Virus record (IMG/VR): IMGVR_UViG_3300043570_000986
Span: 23,246-87,245 of that record
Direction: 5' to 3' (one strand)
Origin: a virus
DNA length: 64,000 nt
The position numbers and the translations under genes are program-made. Under the pieces are notes generated by a model. It was not told the DNA's origin. It ran no database searches and was given only the letters and a program-made list of their open reading frames with translations. This document shows positions 33,401 to 40,147 of the stretch, one piece after another. Each line of letters begins with the position of its first letter. The first letter of the stretch is position 1.

Positions 33401-34077
33401 ATATCTTTCCTCAGTTTATGCAAATTAGAGTTGGAGAAAAAGGTGAAGCTAAAGCTCAAGTTTATGAATTAGTTAGTTACACTAGTGAATTAAATAAAAA
33501 TAAAACTATAGGTATGCAAAAGCATACACTAAATGAAGGTTTTGCTATAGGTGAATCTGCTGTATATAAATTAGTTGAAAAGACAGGTAATAAAGGTGTT
33601 AGTATATTTTCTACTGGAACTTACGATAATGCAGTTAGTATATTTAGTAAAATTACTAAAAAGACTCCTGCTCAAAGAGATGCTGAAAATGTTGTTAATA
33701 CTGAAGAAGAAGTAGCTGCTCAATTAACTGCAGCTAAAACTACATTAAGTCCTAAAGAACAACTTCGTGCAGATATTCTTAAAAGAAATCCTAAGTTAGA
33801 AACTGAAGCTAATACTCAAGTTATTAATGTAATTCCTGATGAAAATTTGGAAACTACTAAAAAAAGCATTAACTTAGATGCAAAAACACAGATGCTTAAA
33901 GGTATTGTAAAAGATTTAATTAGTTCTAATAAAGATAAAATTGATTTATTACTTACACCTGAAGAAAGAGATATAATGAATACAAGATATAAAAATGTTA
34001 GTTCTGTTGAAGAAATTAAAGCATTAAGAGATGATGTATTTCAAATGATTGAAGGTAAAAACCCATTTAAATGTTAA
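21430..34077 (+). CDS. Giant virion-packaged DNA-dependent RNA polymerase polyprotein with a zincin-like domain
   Basis: 4215 aa. YRIPT..GADFDIDS (DxDxD at about 30838-30852) and TDNAKDP fit the crAss-like two-barrel RNAP; AYHEAFH (26473-26490) plus EEHMAD is a zincin motif; the Gly/Ala-rich hydrophobic N-terminal region is ejection-protein-like. Confidence 0.85.
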   Translation: MPENPIITPITFDPDKQIKSLTGGQATQLGIESGEAFGLSAPSFGTSQYDKPQETSWSEVKSGDFKYLRGERQTKLDKLGNGLINMAGKTLTTAAEGIVNPFYGTIAALTNTNEKGEWDPSANAYYNNALTQSLDNVGKGFEEFAPTYETKKEATATGLGKLWSFNTISRDILGGAGTTIGAALTGAAWSKGMSLVGKALGAAGSSQEAATIIAEAAESGIAASADKLKYVANESLKKTIKDGARQGTIAITSASGEAGAEAREAEKNVYYKLTHDDFGNEKRMSEGELEYAKMMSKQAGDAAFAMNLPVIMADNWITFGKALFGNKTNDFAKKIIKEGSVLDEATGAYKAIEKGKYANLGYRAGKIGGTMASEGTQEQLQFGIGKTVEDYYKNKYYNPNAADFADSMTKGLAEAYGTQEGWHSGIIGALSAGIAGPGIVLASKGGKAFKDEYITNPEDAIIAKGVESLNQYSAEVIRKKFVDNFVRSANITENKDEALANNDDFNYHNANEDMIFSYVYNRMQNGKLEDLKQELNAFKDLTVEELKNQYGIEINVNNKSKFDELTSTNAVKKFVESRMEKVAAIEDTYNSVTKLFPNANPDVKELLMYSAQGMENTKERRKSLGVEISETVGQPVLQELITRAVPEQEVLSTFITATPENFGTRYASLSLENQENFKAFLKATKNVNELKKDEVIKKLDDLSSLTNREKDFVAAYNALKTPQLQDQFLQQSQTLWDKYANIEKQKNKQDVAEEQAANQPPVQPPANPLDPNDPNNANPPAPGQQPVSAPAAKVDPSNPLAQWYTANKIDYSISEKDLTDALNRDVANKTISEEEAGNIFADWSDNQNKQPAPIQGITPESIEREKQKELEFWKDNLDDAWKAGSKETIREHIEKKYNDLLASIGKQPAPEQNTKDPKRPQSFLMTQTKDRDTALQSNGAVIGNFRGTKEDGTPKYGIPVNGQPVVLSTFAEVQGKLKELIDSKENLNDHINFEITDSGFVLILIDDMPVSVIDNGKNFKGTEEQKKDFFEVNYLFYKNTVARTIEELNANKALINFTATSLLNFTTNNEDTQTTLETLQQENPQIPFVLKIGPNMLDPLNTDTDIYYNEETKGQSVSSNESIANIQDGLHLEITENSYPQLPIKVRIAPHANLQEELDKVNAATTPEEKIAAVKAFNNEVFIALKPVKGVNRKISLFYDTKSDIFALQVEEKTSGSKWGGETTKKTAEIVLPNVSTESILQGLNARQVNGKDARALVEADIKYNNYIDEDNQVIPSRLSTPIGQEGLFKYDLQAQIADDVKPASSTVVTTTPAQQTPAQTTTTTTLTNEEQIAKYRADEQAELLKAIPNIADYSDTYGENQGNMPDNLYAIYKPIYDKYNKLITDVSESKPTTDAKADIERRRQEELEALPFDEEAKQRLEFAKTKGQERYLRELKLQASKIAGRVDTSTGKSILIPSGSDIIEKHNAEDVLNNSNSDIESRIMAIQKLAEISKPYNEGRKSDILKSIVKIKSGEILGVEDLEIKKIYDAELAALKTKPVTTSTANTELEADFATMNNSTAFVGKVKEDLINKWNQILGTNFPTKPKSAQLSLFKSAVESYLNKINPERGKDIVYSIGLEESTGITQQEIDAIKAILPKFISIDDIKTIAQNLRVKGIPYGAFKNKVIYLNTAKGKPGTAYHEAFHAVFRTMLTDAQIQKYLMASAKDFVKSGKNMQEEVAKLRETVADYLTKSDLELQTIVLEEHMADKFQAFSENKVGRETEPFLRQLFIKIKEFFKQLFRMGNELDMFYSNILKGAFVNATPISNVYTKSNDTVFKLLPNKFTATDNGFFTAQESRKIINSFAIDIYKFKTGKYGKIEELTNKDGSVKSDEQILKYFVNKRVNDLTTKGYDYADSFMDTNEVMANEISSNIEKELYLYDDKNTNSSNTNGYEVLSSSVLEKLKIFNFKNSSEDITEQEGGDENQEIKEKFSSQDAWLSGGHDSLSQTIKKYAAFTTRTEKDPLTGENREVAIDDVTLYNGLTRILADTAEENMIAKLHYASESNPNVKAFYEQMIKDLGVTFNSEDGTITTPSNSNNYNIYRAFLSNFKKSRISQLDVLLGKTGLTWGNANQNDPAKVSLTQWENNLLVASVKNKATVIAASAKIYEEANDFIKPKKDNAVALEKKVETLKKEFAKLGINITTAYIRFSILKQKSLLKTVQENPSAYLTKDQITFLNSYDIEIPINFGTFAPKSANLKTFSIETLLQNDPISIYKKDAGLSELKSIAENNALFDESIGNFSFTNAEGERVYEIINKSYVLEAISKFKDGTYLKSLINGTAIGLNETETKNNYFLKNNLLVNKYQDYLKDLKLNILSGIRDTNPGPNNENRAGITFGKFDGRSYLVSALALFNNNGNKESGKYIFRQNEASSTAYVAELPKLALVGENTMDDKTINDFFGRQFLNEFERIGREKKLFDAGKGTKYEKYNTALTDRAFDFTEFQYLKDIMGEAKYQELVDTALAGTQLTDVQMAEVLGAVNTYLNSGFADFLKLVDDYGLKFVDGISKEMLSNANLKNFYINDYMMSTSINELLDGDYALGRKDKTDISKRNKSAMASGVDYGKGSHNSAIIKDIPVYVRQNPQTKVLERVDASQVTKKGKKYFDNENNEVNEITSNDAQSYAAQHHIMMGSLRMGRLDEKTKEIYKNIIQFTKRDEKGKVVRNVNIGNKNQSHLSDALASLNSKKTVAFDGVNSLILKMSEFGLVRSSISYIEDKDVDNFTNLTNQLTDLMFNKDDFESEEFRSLTAQIAKLYKPVPGMEYWHNLANNMDKNAVDHVATQSASKGATTLAEDSLSGDLNLSKSRFKVANNTKRLQVETPTGKKEIVFGSQILTIITSELDDNSDVNFLIGGKEIKNLGELRAAYNDAINDSRNSEFTKAIAVIKDLKGKALSPDSNYDGMIDTTELDEIVKRSLAASGADVQQMQYFEGGYNYNMIQMLVKAEQVILAHFSKGVLNQKVNGDKVSLLSGSGITVVRNIATGNVISHHEVVKNPSKYTDKTKYSTNTTLKYNEEDKDGRRYSECILSQAILTRHGLKVGDEITEKHPELLKMFGYRIPTGDKQSAMSLKVVSLLPDYYNGVGIFPDEIVYLSGADFDIDSEFIQMPAFWINSEGVPVKFGTEKTNAEKFEAYKYYNKKYDKNFKAVYNNILSKDARLTSLIGNEDLDKDQVSAIKTIVFDEAYKEASIKLGLPFNEKDFIKSKLQPTANYNNIAVDSMISILTNDSLNGITNNTTSTDALKDVAENLINGGFIKQTKGNIQEKNKSAHDINGKFDANKKNSDGKNGIGIAANKIQQFAFLMSKIGNKSVIFNEESFKFEIAGQVGGIYQEKNKEGQRIADNLNLLLNAFTDNAKDPIAGRLNLKFELLGGAMELIMQGMTFENTMKLINLPIIQEYGELAKTLKYALKTGVESSFTKESIKIAAIAKILYPEEAKKKLSSAIELVKNAKQNKDPELQTISKNNIENILLGKGFESSDANDFENNNDVQIQALFQFLKVVDQNNVMSNINTFLKLNQGLDVSFTNLHDDLHQAIDTFKINDLVETPSEELQVTDEPHIDITSLLEGDKNTLNNIKRALIVEKQVGQKIFIEQTKVFKNEFQKFLSSLSPSFTKTGDNLAKISREFLGFLAVKSYIADLEKLKKDLNTSEDNKEKVEAVDKRLKSIDLGLVFNELNAEGKKTLAQQLIVLKADQATKNNYIVNYFSAKINDVNLQPEDQSIYEADVIDTKSFVKESNETISLLIDSVKSLYSDNTTKLDETGLTPRDFVNNMLGYLMVKDNMTFKNNSVAKYLPVEMFGNYSKSLDNIIEALVTKSDKLSVKLDDLGYNFRKLYATDLNTPYNALKFAGIQDNGSSITITENNQEITFKTKSNTALEIAKIKFQISQTSNEQVLAELQKQQSILENKLSKEKPIIENKEVLDKMFKSEKTEEKGSYKDKDGKTVTYDKSSYIFPQFMQIRVGEKGEAKAQVYELVSYTSELNKNKTIGMQKHTLNEGFAIGESAVYKLVEKTGNKGVSIFSTGTYDNAVSIFSKITKKTPAQRDAENVVNTEEEVAAQLTAAKTTLSPKEQLRADILKRNPKLETEANTQVINVIPDENLETTKKSINLDAKTQMLKGIVKDLISSNKDKIDLLLTPEERDIMNTRYKNVSSVEEIKALRDDVFQMIEGKNPFKC

Positions 34078-34080
34078 ACT

Positions 34081-34524
34081 ATGGCTTGTAATGTATTAAA
34101 TAACGCAATAAAAGACATGTATTATAAAGGTATTATGTCTGAAGCTAGGATGGTAAATCCTAATAAAATAACTGAATTCGATATTGCTAATGAAGAACTT
34201 AAAAAAGTTGCTCAAGATTTATATGGAGTTAAAGATAAAGGATTACCTTTTACTATTATAGATGAAGGTTTAAAAAAAGAAATAACTGGTTCTACTTATC
34301 GTAGAGATAATACTTCTAATGTATTAAGAGCTGAACCTAATAATGAATTTTTTAATGAACTTCAGACAAATTTTGATTTAATTGAAACTGAAAATGATAA
34401 GTTAGATTATGAAGAAGAAAATAAAATGTCTGAAGATATGTATGAAAGATCAGATTATGATGGAATACAAGATTTTGAAAAATTATTAGAGTCAGGAGAA
34501 ATAACACAATTTTGTAGTAGATAA
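34081..34524 (+). CDS. Small acidic cargo-cluster protein
   Basis: 147 aa, begins MAC and ends FCSR; lies between two giant cargo genes. Confidence 0.6.
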   Translation: MACNVLNNAIKDMYYKGIMSEARMVNPNKITEFDIANEELKKVAQDLYGVKDKGLPFTIIDEGLKKEITGSTYRRDNTSNVLRAEPNNEFFNELQTNFDLIETENDKLDYEEENKMSEDMYERSDYDGIQDFEKLLESGEITQFCSR

Positions 34525-34538
34525 TTAAAAATAATAAT

Positions 34539-37500
34539 ATGGCATGTTTATACTCCCACAATGGGAAAACTTATACTAAAGAAGAATTAATTGATTATTT
34601 AAAAAATAATCCTAATATTTATAATATTAAACCAGATTTTAGTAATATTAATGAAATTATTGAACAAATAGCTAATGAACCTGAGGTCACTGAAAAAAAA
34701 GTGTTAGGCAATCAAACTATTAAGCGTTTAAACAACTTGATTCAAAATCAAATTAAAATTTTACAAAGTAGAATACTTGAGTTTGAATCAGCTAAAGAAA
34801 GAAAAGGTTATTTACCTAAAGAAGATACTATTAATAGGTTAAAAGATTTAAAAGAAAAGTTATCTACTTTAGAAAATGTAGATGCGTTTACAAATACTGC
34901 TGATTTTATTCATCAAGAATTAGGTATTGTTGAAAATTTTTTAGATAATACGTTTGATGTAAATAATGAAAATCATATTAATTTTGTTTTACAAATTAGA
35001 AAACAATTAGAATCTTATAAAGAGTTTGCTACATTTTTACCTGAAATGTCTGATTTAAATTCAGAAATTAAAAAGATTGCTAGTGAAATAGATTCTATGT
35101 ATAAAAATACTCAAGAAAGAGTTGAAGAAATTCTTGAAGAATACATGATTAATTTTGTTAAAACTAATACTAAAAGAAATATTAGTAAAGAAGATATTAA
35201 GCAAATGTTAGATGAGTCTAAAGATATATCTTGGCAAGAAATGAAGATGGGTGGTTTATCTAATAGTATGGATCCACTATTACAATTATTGCAAAGACAT
35301 GTTGAAAAGACTAGAGAAGAAGTTTATGAAAACACTAATAACTGGATTGCTAAAGTTAAAAATCAAATATCAAAACTTAAGAAAGCAGGAATAGATGGAT
35401 TTGATTGGATGTTTCAAAAAACAAAAGATGGTAAATTAACAGGTAGAATACTACAAAGAGTTAATGAATTATATTATAAAGATAGAACTGCTATTTTTAG
35501 TATTTTAAGAGATGCTAAAGGAGATAAGAGAGAGTATATTTATAAACCAGGAGAAACTTTATCTGAAGCTGAAAAACAACATAATTTAAAATTTTCAGAA
35601 GATAAAAAGAAAGTTGGTTCATTTTTAAGTGCTGAAACAGTTGATAATACTGGTGCTAGAGATGGTGAAAATCATAAATATTCTGATGAGTTTAAACAAG
35701 AAAGAAATAACTTTGAAAAATTAGTTAGTTATGAATCAGGATATACTGAATGGGTTAAAAAACCATTTGTACCAGGAACTAAAAAACTTAATGGTGAAGA
35801 ATTGACTCAAAAAGAATATGATAGATTATATACTACATATAAAAGAAAATATTACACTGAACTTAAAGAAGGTTTTAGATTAAAAAGTACTTATGATAAT
35901 GCAACTAAAAGTTGGGTTAGTGATGGTACTGTTGAAAGAACTGAAACTTCTAGAGTTAAACCTGAATATGTTGAAGTTGTTACTGAAATAAATGGTGCAA
36001 CAACTAAATATGCAGATAAACAATATCATTCTCTAATGAATGATAATAGTCCTGCAGGTATTGCAAGAAAAGAGTTTTTTGAATTTTATAGAAATACTTC
36101 TAATGAATTATTAGATAAATTACCTTTAGCTACTAAGCAAAAAATGCAAGGTAAAATGTTTAGAGTTAGAAGTTCTATTGCTAAAGATATTAAATCTATA
36201 GGTATATTTAATACTGTTAAAAAATCTATTAGACAATATGTTAATCCTGATGTAATTTTTACTTCTAGAGAATTAGATGAAGAAGGAAATATGTTAGAAG
36301 ATGTGCCTATTTTTTATACAGGAGAATTAAAAAGTAATAGAAAAATTGAGCAATTAACTAAGAAATTAGAAGAATTAAGAAAAGAACTTCAAACTAATGC
36401 TAAAGATAAATCCTTAGCAAATAAAATTAAGATGACTAAAAATCTTTTATTAATTGAAGAATCTAAACTTACTCCTGATGAATTAGAATTAGATATGGGT
36501 AAATCATTAATTAAAGCTGCTCAAATGGCTGAGAATTATGATTTAATGAAACAAGCTGAAGCTACATTACTTATTGCTAAAAAAGTAATTGAACAAAAAA
36601 ACTTTTTTAAACTTAATGCTGCAGGGCAAAAAGAAATAATTAAAGGTATTGATTCTAATGTAAATAAAAGAATGAAAAGTTACATGACAATGATATTTTA
36701 TTCTAATTCTACAGCTAATCAAGATCAAATATCTAAACTCATACAGAATTTTAATAGTTTTGTAGCTTATAAATCCTTAGGTTTAAATCCATTTTCAGCT
36801 ATTAATAATACTGTAATGGCTAAAATTAATAATAGAATAGAAGGATTTGGTAAACAATTTGGATTTACTAATAAACATTTAAATTCTGCAATTGCAGATA
36901 CTGCAGAGTATATTAGAAGTTTAAGTTATATGAAAAATTTAGGTAAAGATGAATACTTGTTAGATCCTTCTAATAAGTTTGAAGCAATGCTTAAAAAGTT
37001 TAACTGGTTAGATAGAAATCAAATTATTGAAGATAGTTCTGCTATTAGTAAAGTGATGTTTATGGGTATTACAGGTGGTGAATTTATTGCACAATCTAAT
37101 ACTGCTATTGCTAAACTTAGATCTCAAATACTTACTAATTCTAAAACTGGTGAAAAATTATCAGTTTGGGAAGCACATGAATTTATCAATGGAGAATTAA
37201 AACTTAAAGATGGTTTTGAATATTCTGCACAAGAAAAAAGAAGTATATCTGTAGATATTAAAAACATGAATAAAATGATTCATGGTAACTACAGTGGAAA
37301 TGATAAAGTTGCTATGCAAGAACATGCTTTAGGTCAATCTGCAATGCAATTTAAAAAGTGGGTATATAACTTTGCTAAATCTAGATATGGTAATACTTAT
37401 TATGATGAAACTTCTGGAGATTACCAAGAAGGTAGATATAGAACTTTTAAAGATTTTATAATGATTTTAAAAGCTGGTGCAGCATTTGATTTTAAAACTA

Positions 37501-37973
37501 TTAAAAATACTTTTGAATCTTTAGAAGATTATCAAAAATCTAATCTTAAAAAATTACAAGTAGAAGCTATTTATTGGGCGACAAGTGTAGTATTAATGTT
37601 ATTATTAGAAGGATTATCTAAAGGTATTGATGATGATGATGAAGAACTTAAAATGTTTGTAAACTTTTTAAGAAAACAGTCAGATAGAGTTGGTGGTGAA
37701 TTAGATGCTGCAATTAATCCTAAGTCTATTGCTGCTAATATTAAAAATCCTGTATCAGGAATAAGAGCAGCAAATGATTTTGGTGATATTTTAGTAGAGT
37801 TTATAAAACTTCCATTTAATTATGCTGGTGATTCTAAAGATTTGTATGTTCAAAAAGGATCTCACAAAGGTCAGTTAAGATTAAATAAAGAAATACAAGA
37901 TATTATTCCTATTGCAAATTTAGAAAATCAATTTGACAACTTATTAACATCAGGAAATTTCTATTTTAAATAA
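34539..37973 (+). CDS. Large helical virion cargo/ejection protein
   Basis: 1144 aa, coiled-coil rich; IHGNY, QFKKW and EGRYRT motifs plus a hydrophobic segment near the C-terminus; last gene of the + arm. Confidence 0.65.
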   Translation: MACLYSHNGKTYTKEELIDYLKNNPNIYNIKPDFSNINEIIEQIANEPEVTEKKVLGNQTIKRLNNLIQNQIKILQSRILEFESAKERKGYLPKEDTINRLKDLKEKLSTLENVDAFTNTADFIHQELGIVENFLDNTFDVNNENHINFVLQIRKQLESYKEFATFLPEMSDLNSEIKKIASEIDSMYKNTQERVEEILEEYMINFVKTNTKRNISKEDIKQMLDESKDISWQEMKMGGLSNSMDPLLQLLQRHVEKTREEVYENTNNWIAKVKNQISKLKKAGIDGFDWMFQKTKDGKLTGRILQRVNELYYKDRTAIFSILRDAKGDKREYIYKPGETLSEAEKQHNLKFSEDKKKVGSFLSAETVDNTGARDGENHKYSDEFKQERNNFEKLVSYESGYTEWVKKPFVPGTKKLNGEELTQKEYDRLYTTYKRKYYTELKEGFRLKSTYDNATKSWVSDGTVERTETSRVKPEYVEVVTEINGATTKYADKQYHSLMNDNSPAGIARKEFFEFYRNTSNELLDKLPLATKQKMQGKMFRVRSSIAKDIKSIGIFNTVKKSIRQYVNPDVIFTSRELDEEGNMLEDVPIFYTGELKSNRKIEQLTKKLEELRKELQTNAKDKSLANKIKMTKNLLLIEESKLTPDELELDMGKSLIKAAQMAENYDLMKQAEATLLIAKKVIEQKNFFKLNAAGQKEIIKGIDSNVNKRMKSYMTMIFYSNSTANQDQISKLIQNFNSFVAYKSLGLNPFSAINNTVMAKINNRIEGFGKQFGFTNKHLNSAIADTAEYIRSLSYMKNLGKDEYLLDPSNKFEAMLKKFNWLDRNQIIEDSSAISKVMFMGITGGEFIAQSNTAIAKLRSQILTNSKTGEKLSVWEAHEFINGELKLKDGFEYSAQEKRSISVDIKNMNKMIHGNYSGNDKVAMQEHALGQSAMQFKKWVYNFAKSRYGNTYYDETSGDYQEGRYRTFKDFIMILKAGAAFDFKTIKNTFESLEDYQKSNLKKLQVEAIYWATSVVLMLLLEGLSKGIDDDDEELKMFVNFLRKQSDRVGGELDAAINPKSIAANIKNPVSGIRAANDFGDILVEFIKLPFNYAGDSKDLYVQKGSHKGQLRLNKEIQDIIPIANLENQFDNLLTSGNFYFK

Positions 37974-38070
37974 CCATCACTGAATAAAGACAATAAAGCC
38001 TTTCTTTTCATAGTTTGTAGCTGACTGCTACTTGTTGTGATGGTTTTCATAGTTGATAGTTTTAGGGTTA

Positions 38071-38112
38071 AAAAATTAAACCCCTTAGTGATTGCTAAGG
38101 GGTTTTTAGTTT
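38071..38112. terminator. Bidirectional intrinsic terminator between the convergent arms
   Basis: 11-bp stem aaaccccttag/ctaaggggttt with an A-run before and a T-run after. Confidence 0.85.
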
Positions 38113-38115
38113 ATT

Positions 38116-38310
38116 TTAATCAGGTAATTCACCTGGTTCTTTAATTCTGTTTTCATTAATGTGTTCAAAATCTGATTCATTAAGTGTTTTTTCTAAACCA
38201 CATACATACCAACTAGTACATATACCACTTAGTTTTATATGTTTTTCAAATATTGCTATTTGAAAAATACCTTCATATTTAACCCAATAATATCCTTCTT
38301 GTCTTTCCAT
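38116..38310 (-). CDS. Small hypothetical protein
   Basis: 64 aa, GYYWVK motif, coupled to the upstream gene. Confidence 0.55.
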   Translation of the reverse strand: MERQEGYYWVKYEGIFQIAIFEKHIKLSGICTSWYVCGLEKTLNESDFEHINENRIKEPGELPD

Positions 38311-38705
38311 TATACTGAATCTTTAATTCTAAAAATTAATTCTTCTTTAAATAATTCTTCATAAAAAGGATTATTTTTAGCATAATTACCATCTAATATT
38401 GCTTGAATATGATCAGAAGTCATATCTTTAATTGGACTATAGATTGTTTCAGGTAATCTATTCATATCTTTATCATAGTTTTTACCCCATGTAAGATATT
38501 GCCTTCTAAGTTCATGTGTACCATCATCTTCTATTGAAGTATCTGTAAAATCAGATATTTCAGTAAACATTGTTCTTTTATAATCTTTACCTCCATCTAC
38601 GGCAACTTTACCACAAGTGCATTTAACAAAATCATGTCTATGTTTAGACTCTATCTCATCATTACAATGATTACATTTTATACTATTTCTTAACATTATC
38701 TTCAT
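38310..38705 (-). CDS. Zn-finger-like hypothetical protein
   Basis: CNHC...HRHDFVKCTCGKVAVDGG. Confidence 0.6.
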   Translation of the reverse strand: MKIMLRNSIKCNHCNDEIESKHRHDFVKCTCGKVAVDGGKDYKRTMFTEISDFTDTSIEDDGTHELRRQYLTWGKNYDKDMNRLPETIYSPIKDMTSDHIQAILDGNYAKNNPFYEELFKEELIFRIKDSV

Positions 38706-38970
38706 ATACTTTTAAACCCCACATTAAATCTATTTGTGATATAACATTGTTAATTTTGTGAGGATTGTAATTAACTTTTGCTTTTAAAAACTTTTTTAAC
38801 CAATCTAAAAATTCTTGTTTACTTTCAGGAGTATCCCAATAGTATTCAAACCAATCTACATTGTTAATTCTAGGTTTCTTTTTAACTGATTTATAATCAG
38901 CATCAAACTCTCTTAACATGTAATCTACAACTGTAGATACAAATTCTTCACTATTTAATTTTATTTTCAT
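38683..38970 (-). CDS. Hypothetical protein
   Basis: 95-aa ORF overlapping neighbours in operon fashion. Confidence 0.5.
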   Translation of the reverse strand: MKIKLNSEEFVSTVVDYMLREFDADYKSVKKKPRINNVDWFEYYWDTPESKQEFLDWLKKFLKAKVNYNPHKINNVISQIDLMWGLKVYEDNVKK

Positions 38971-39286
38971 TTAATTCTTTTTTAAGTCTTGTTAAAAATG
39001 TTTCTGGTCCATCATCACCACTCAACAGCCAATCTATTCGATGAGCATAAATATAAGCTTCTTTAAGCTTTTTTACACCTATTTTAAATTCATTAATTAC
39101 TTCATCAGAATATTTGTAATAGAATTTTTCTTCAGGATATTTTTCATAATATTCAGGATCATATCCACCCCATTCTCTTAATTCTTCTTTGGTTTTTGCT
39201 CTACCACTTCTATCAATTTGTGCTTCAATTGACTCAATTATATCATTGATTCTATGTTGTTGGTATTCAAAATGTCCTCCACTCAT
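38951..39286 (-). CDS. Hypothetical phage protein
   Basis: 111 aa; MSGGHFEY...RIDWLLSGDDG. Confidence 0.55.
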   Translation of the reverse strand: MSGGHFEYQQHRINDIIESIEAQIDRSGRAKTKEELREWGGYDPEYYEKYPEEKFYYKYSDEVINEFKIGVKKLKEAYIYAHRIDWLLSGDDGPETFLTRLKKELNENKIK

Positions 39287-39291
39287 GTTTT

Positions 39292-39678
39292 TTAAATTAA
39301 AGTTTTATTATTATATTGTTCTTTGCATATTTCTAATAATTTAGGATCATTAAATTCATACATATCTGGTATATCTAAAACATAGCACTTATGTATTACA
39401 TTTAATTTTTCTAATTCTTCTTTTACATGTTGATAATTTTCATTATTAACAAATACTATTTCATCAGCCCACATTACTAAAGCTTCACTAATAGGTATTA
39501 ATGCATAAGATTCTACTGTACCACAGTTCCTAACATTATATCCATATTCTTTAATAAGCATATTTTGAAGAGTTGCAGATCTTAATAATCCTGCAGAACA
39601 TACTGTTAATACTTTCTTAGTTTCTCCTTGAGAAGCATTATTAACATTGTATAATTGATTTCTAGTTCCTTTTATCAT
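39292..39678 (-). CDS. Low-molecular-weight protein tyrosine phosphatase-like protein
   Basis: P-loop VCSAGLLRS (C-x5-R-S), WADEI and LDIPD. Confidence 0.75.
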   Translation of the reverse strand: MIKGTRNQLYNVNNASQGETKKVLTVCSAGLLRSATLQNMLIKEYGYNVRNCGTVESYALIPISEALVMWADEIVFVNNENYQHVKEELEKLNVIHKCYVLDIPDMYEFNDPKLLEICKEQYNNKTLI

Positions 39679-39694
39679 AATTATTTTTTAATTT

Positions 39695-40135
39695 TAAAAA
39701 TACCAGGCGAAGTTAGCTTCCTGGATTAATATAAGCACTAGACATCTCTATCAAGGGATACAAATGTGGTATACTAATCTTATATAGCTACTTAGACTTA
39801 CACTCGAGTTGTATCTAAGGCACTCAACTTTAAACATATTCAGAGGTTGTTGGTACAATGTTTTTAAATAACTACAAAATATTAGGTGTAAAAAATTTAA
39901 ATTACCAACTTTAAAAGTTAGAGGTTAAACTAATATATGTAGTTATTTAATGTTTTAACAGAGGGTTGTTCAGCTCAACCCATAACTTGTTTTTCTTATT
40001 AGCGATAAAGCTATGCATGGCACAAGTTAGAAAGTATAATATTGGCATATTATGTGTAAGCTCTACAATCGTGGGCCAAAATCCACCTAGTCTTCACACT
40101 TCAACCCGAGTCTGTTTTTATTTTATCTGTTAAAT
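39695..40135 (-). ncRNA. Candidate structured non-coding RNA locus
   Basis: About 470-nt ORF-free gap with several hairpins, including a 13-bp stem 39864-39876/39938-39950 and a terminator-like hairpin at 39703-39724. Strand inferred from context. Confidence 0.45.
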
Positions 40136-40147
40136 GTTAATTAATAC

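Noticed and set aside
727-34561. Short antisense or alternate-frame ORFs in the track (727-954, 4040-4324, 6233-6478, 13944-14129, 16416-16607, 20317-20508, 23893-24105, 25023-25226, 25557-25793, 30812-31036, 34352-34561)
   Set aside because: They overlap long, well-supported genes and have shadow-ORF composition.
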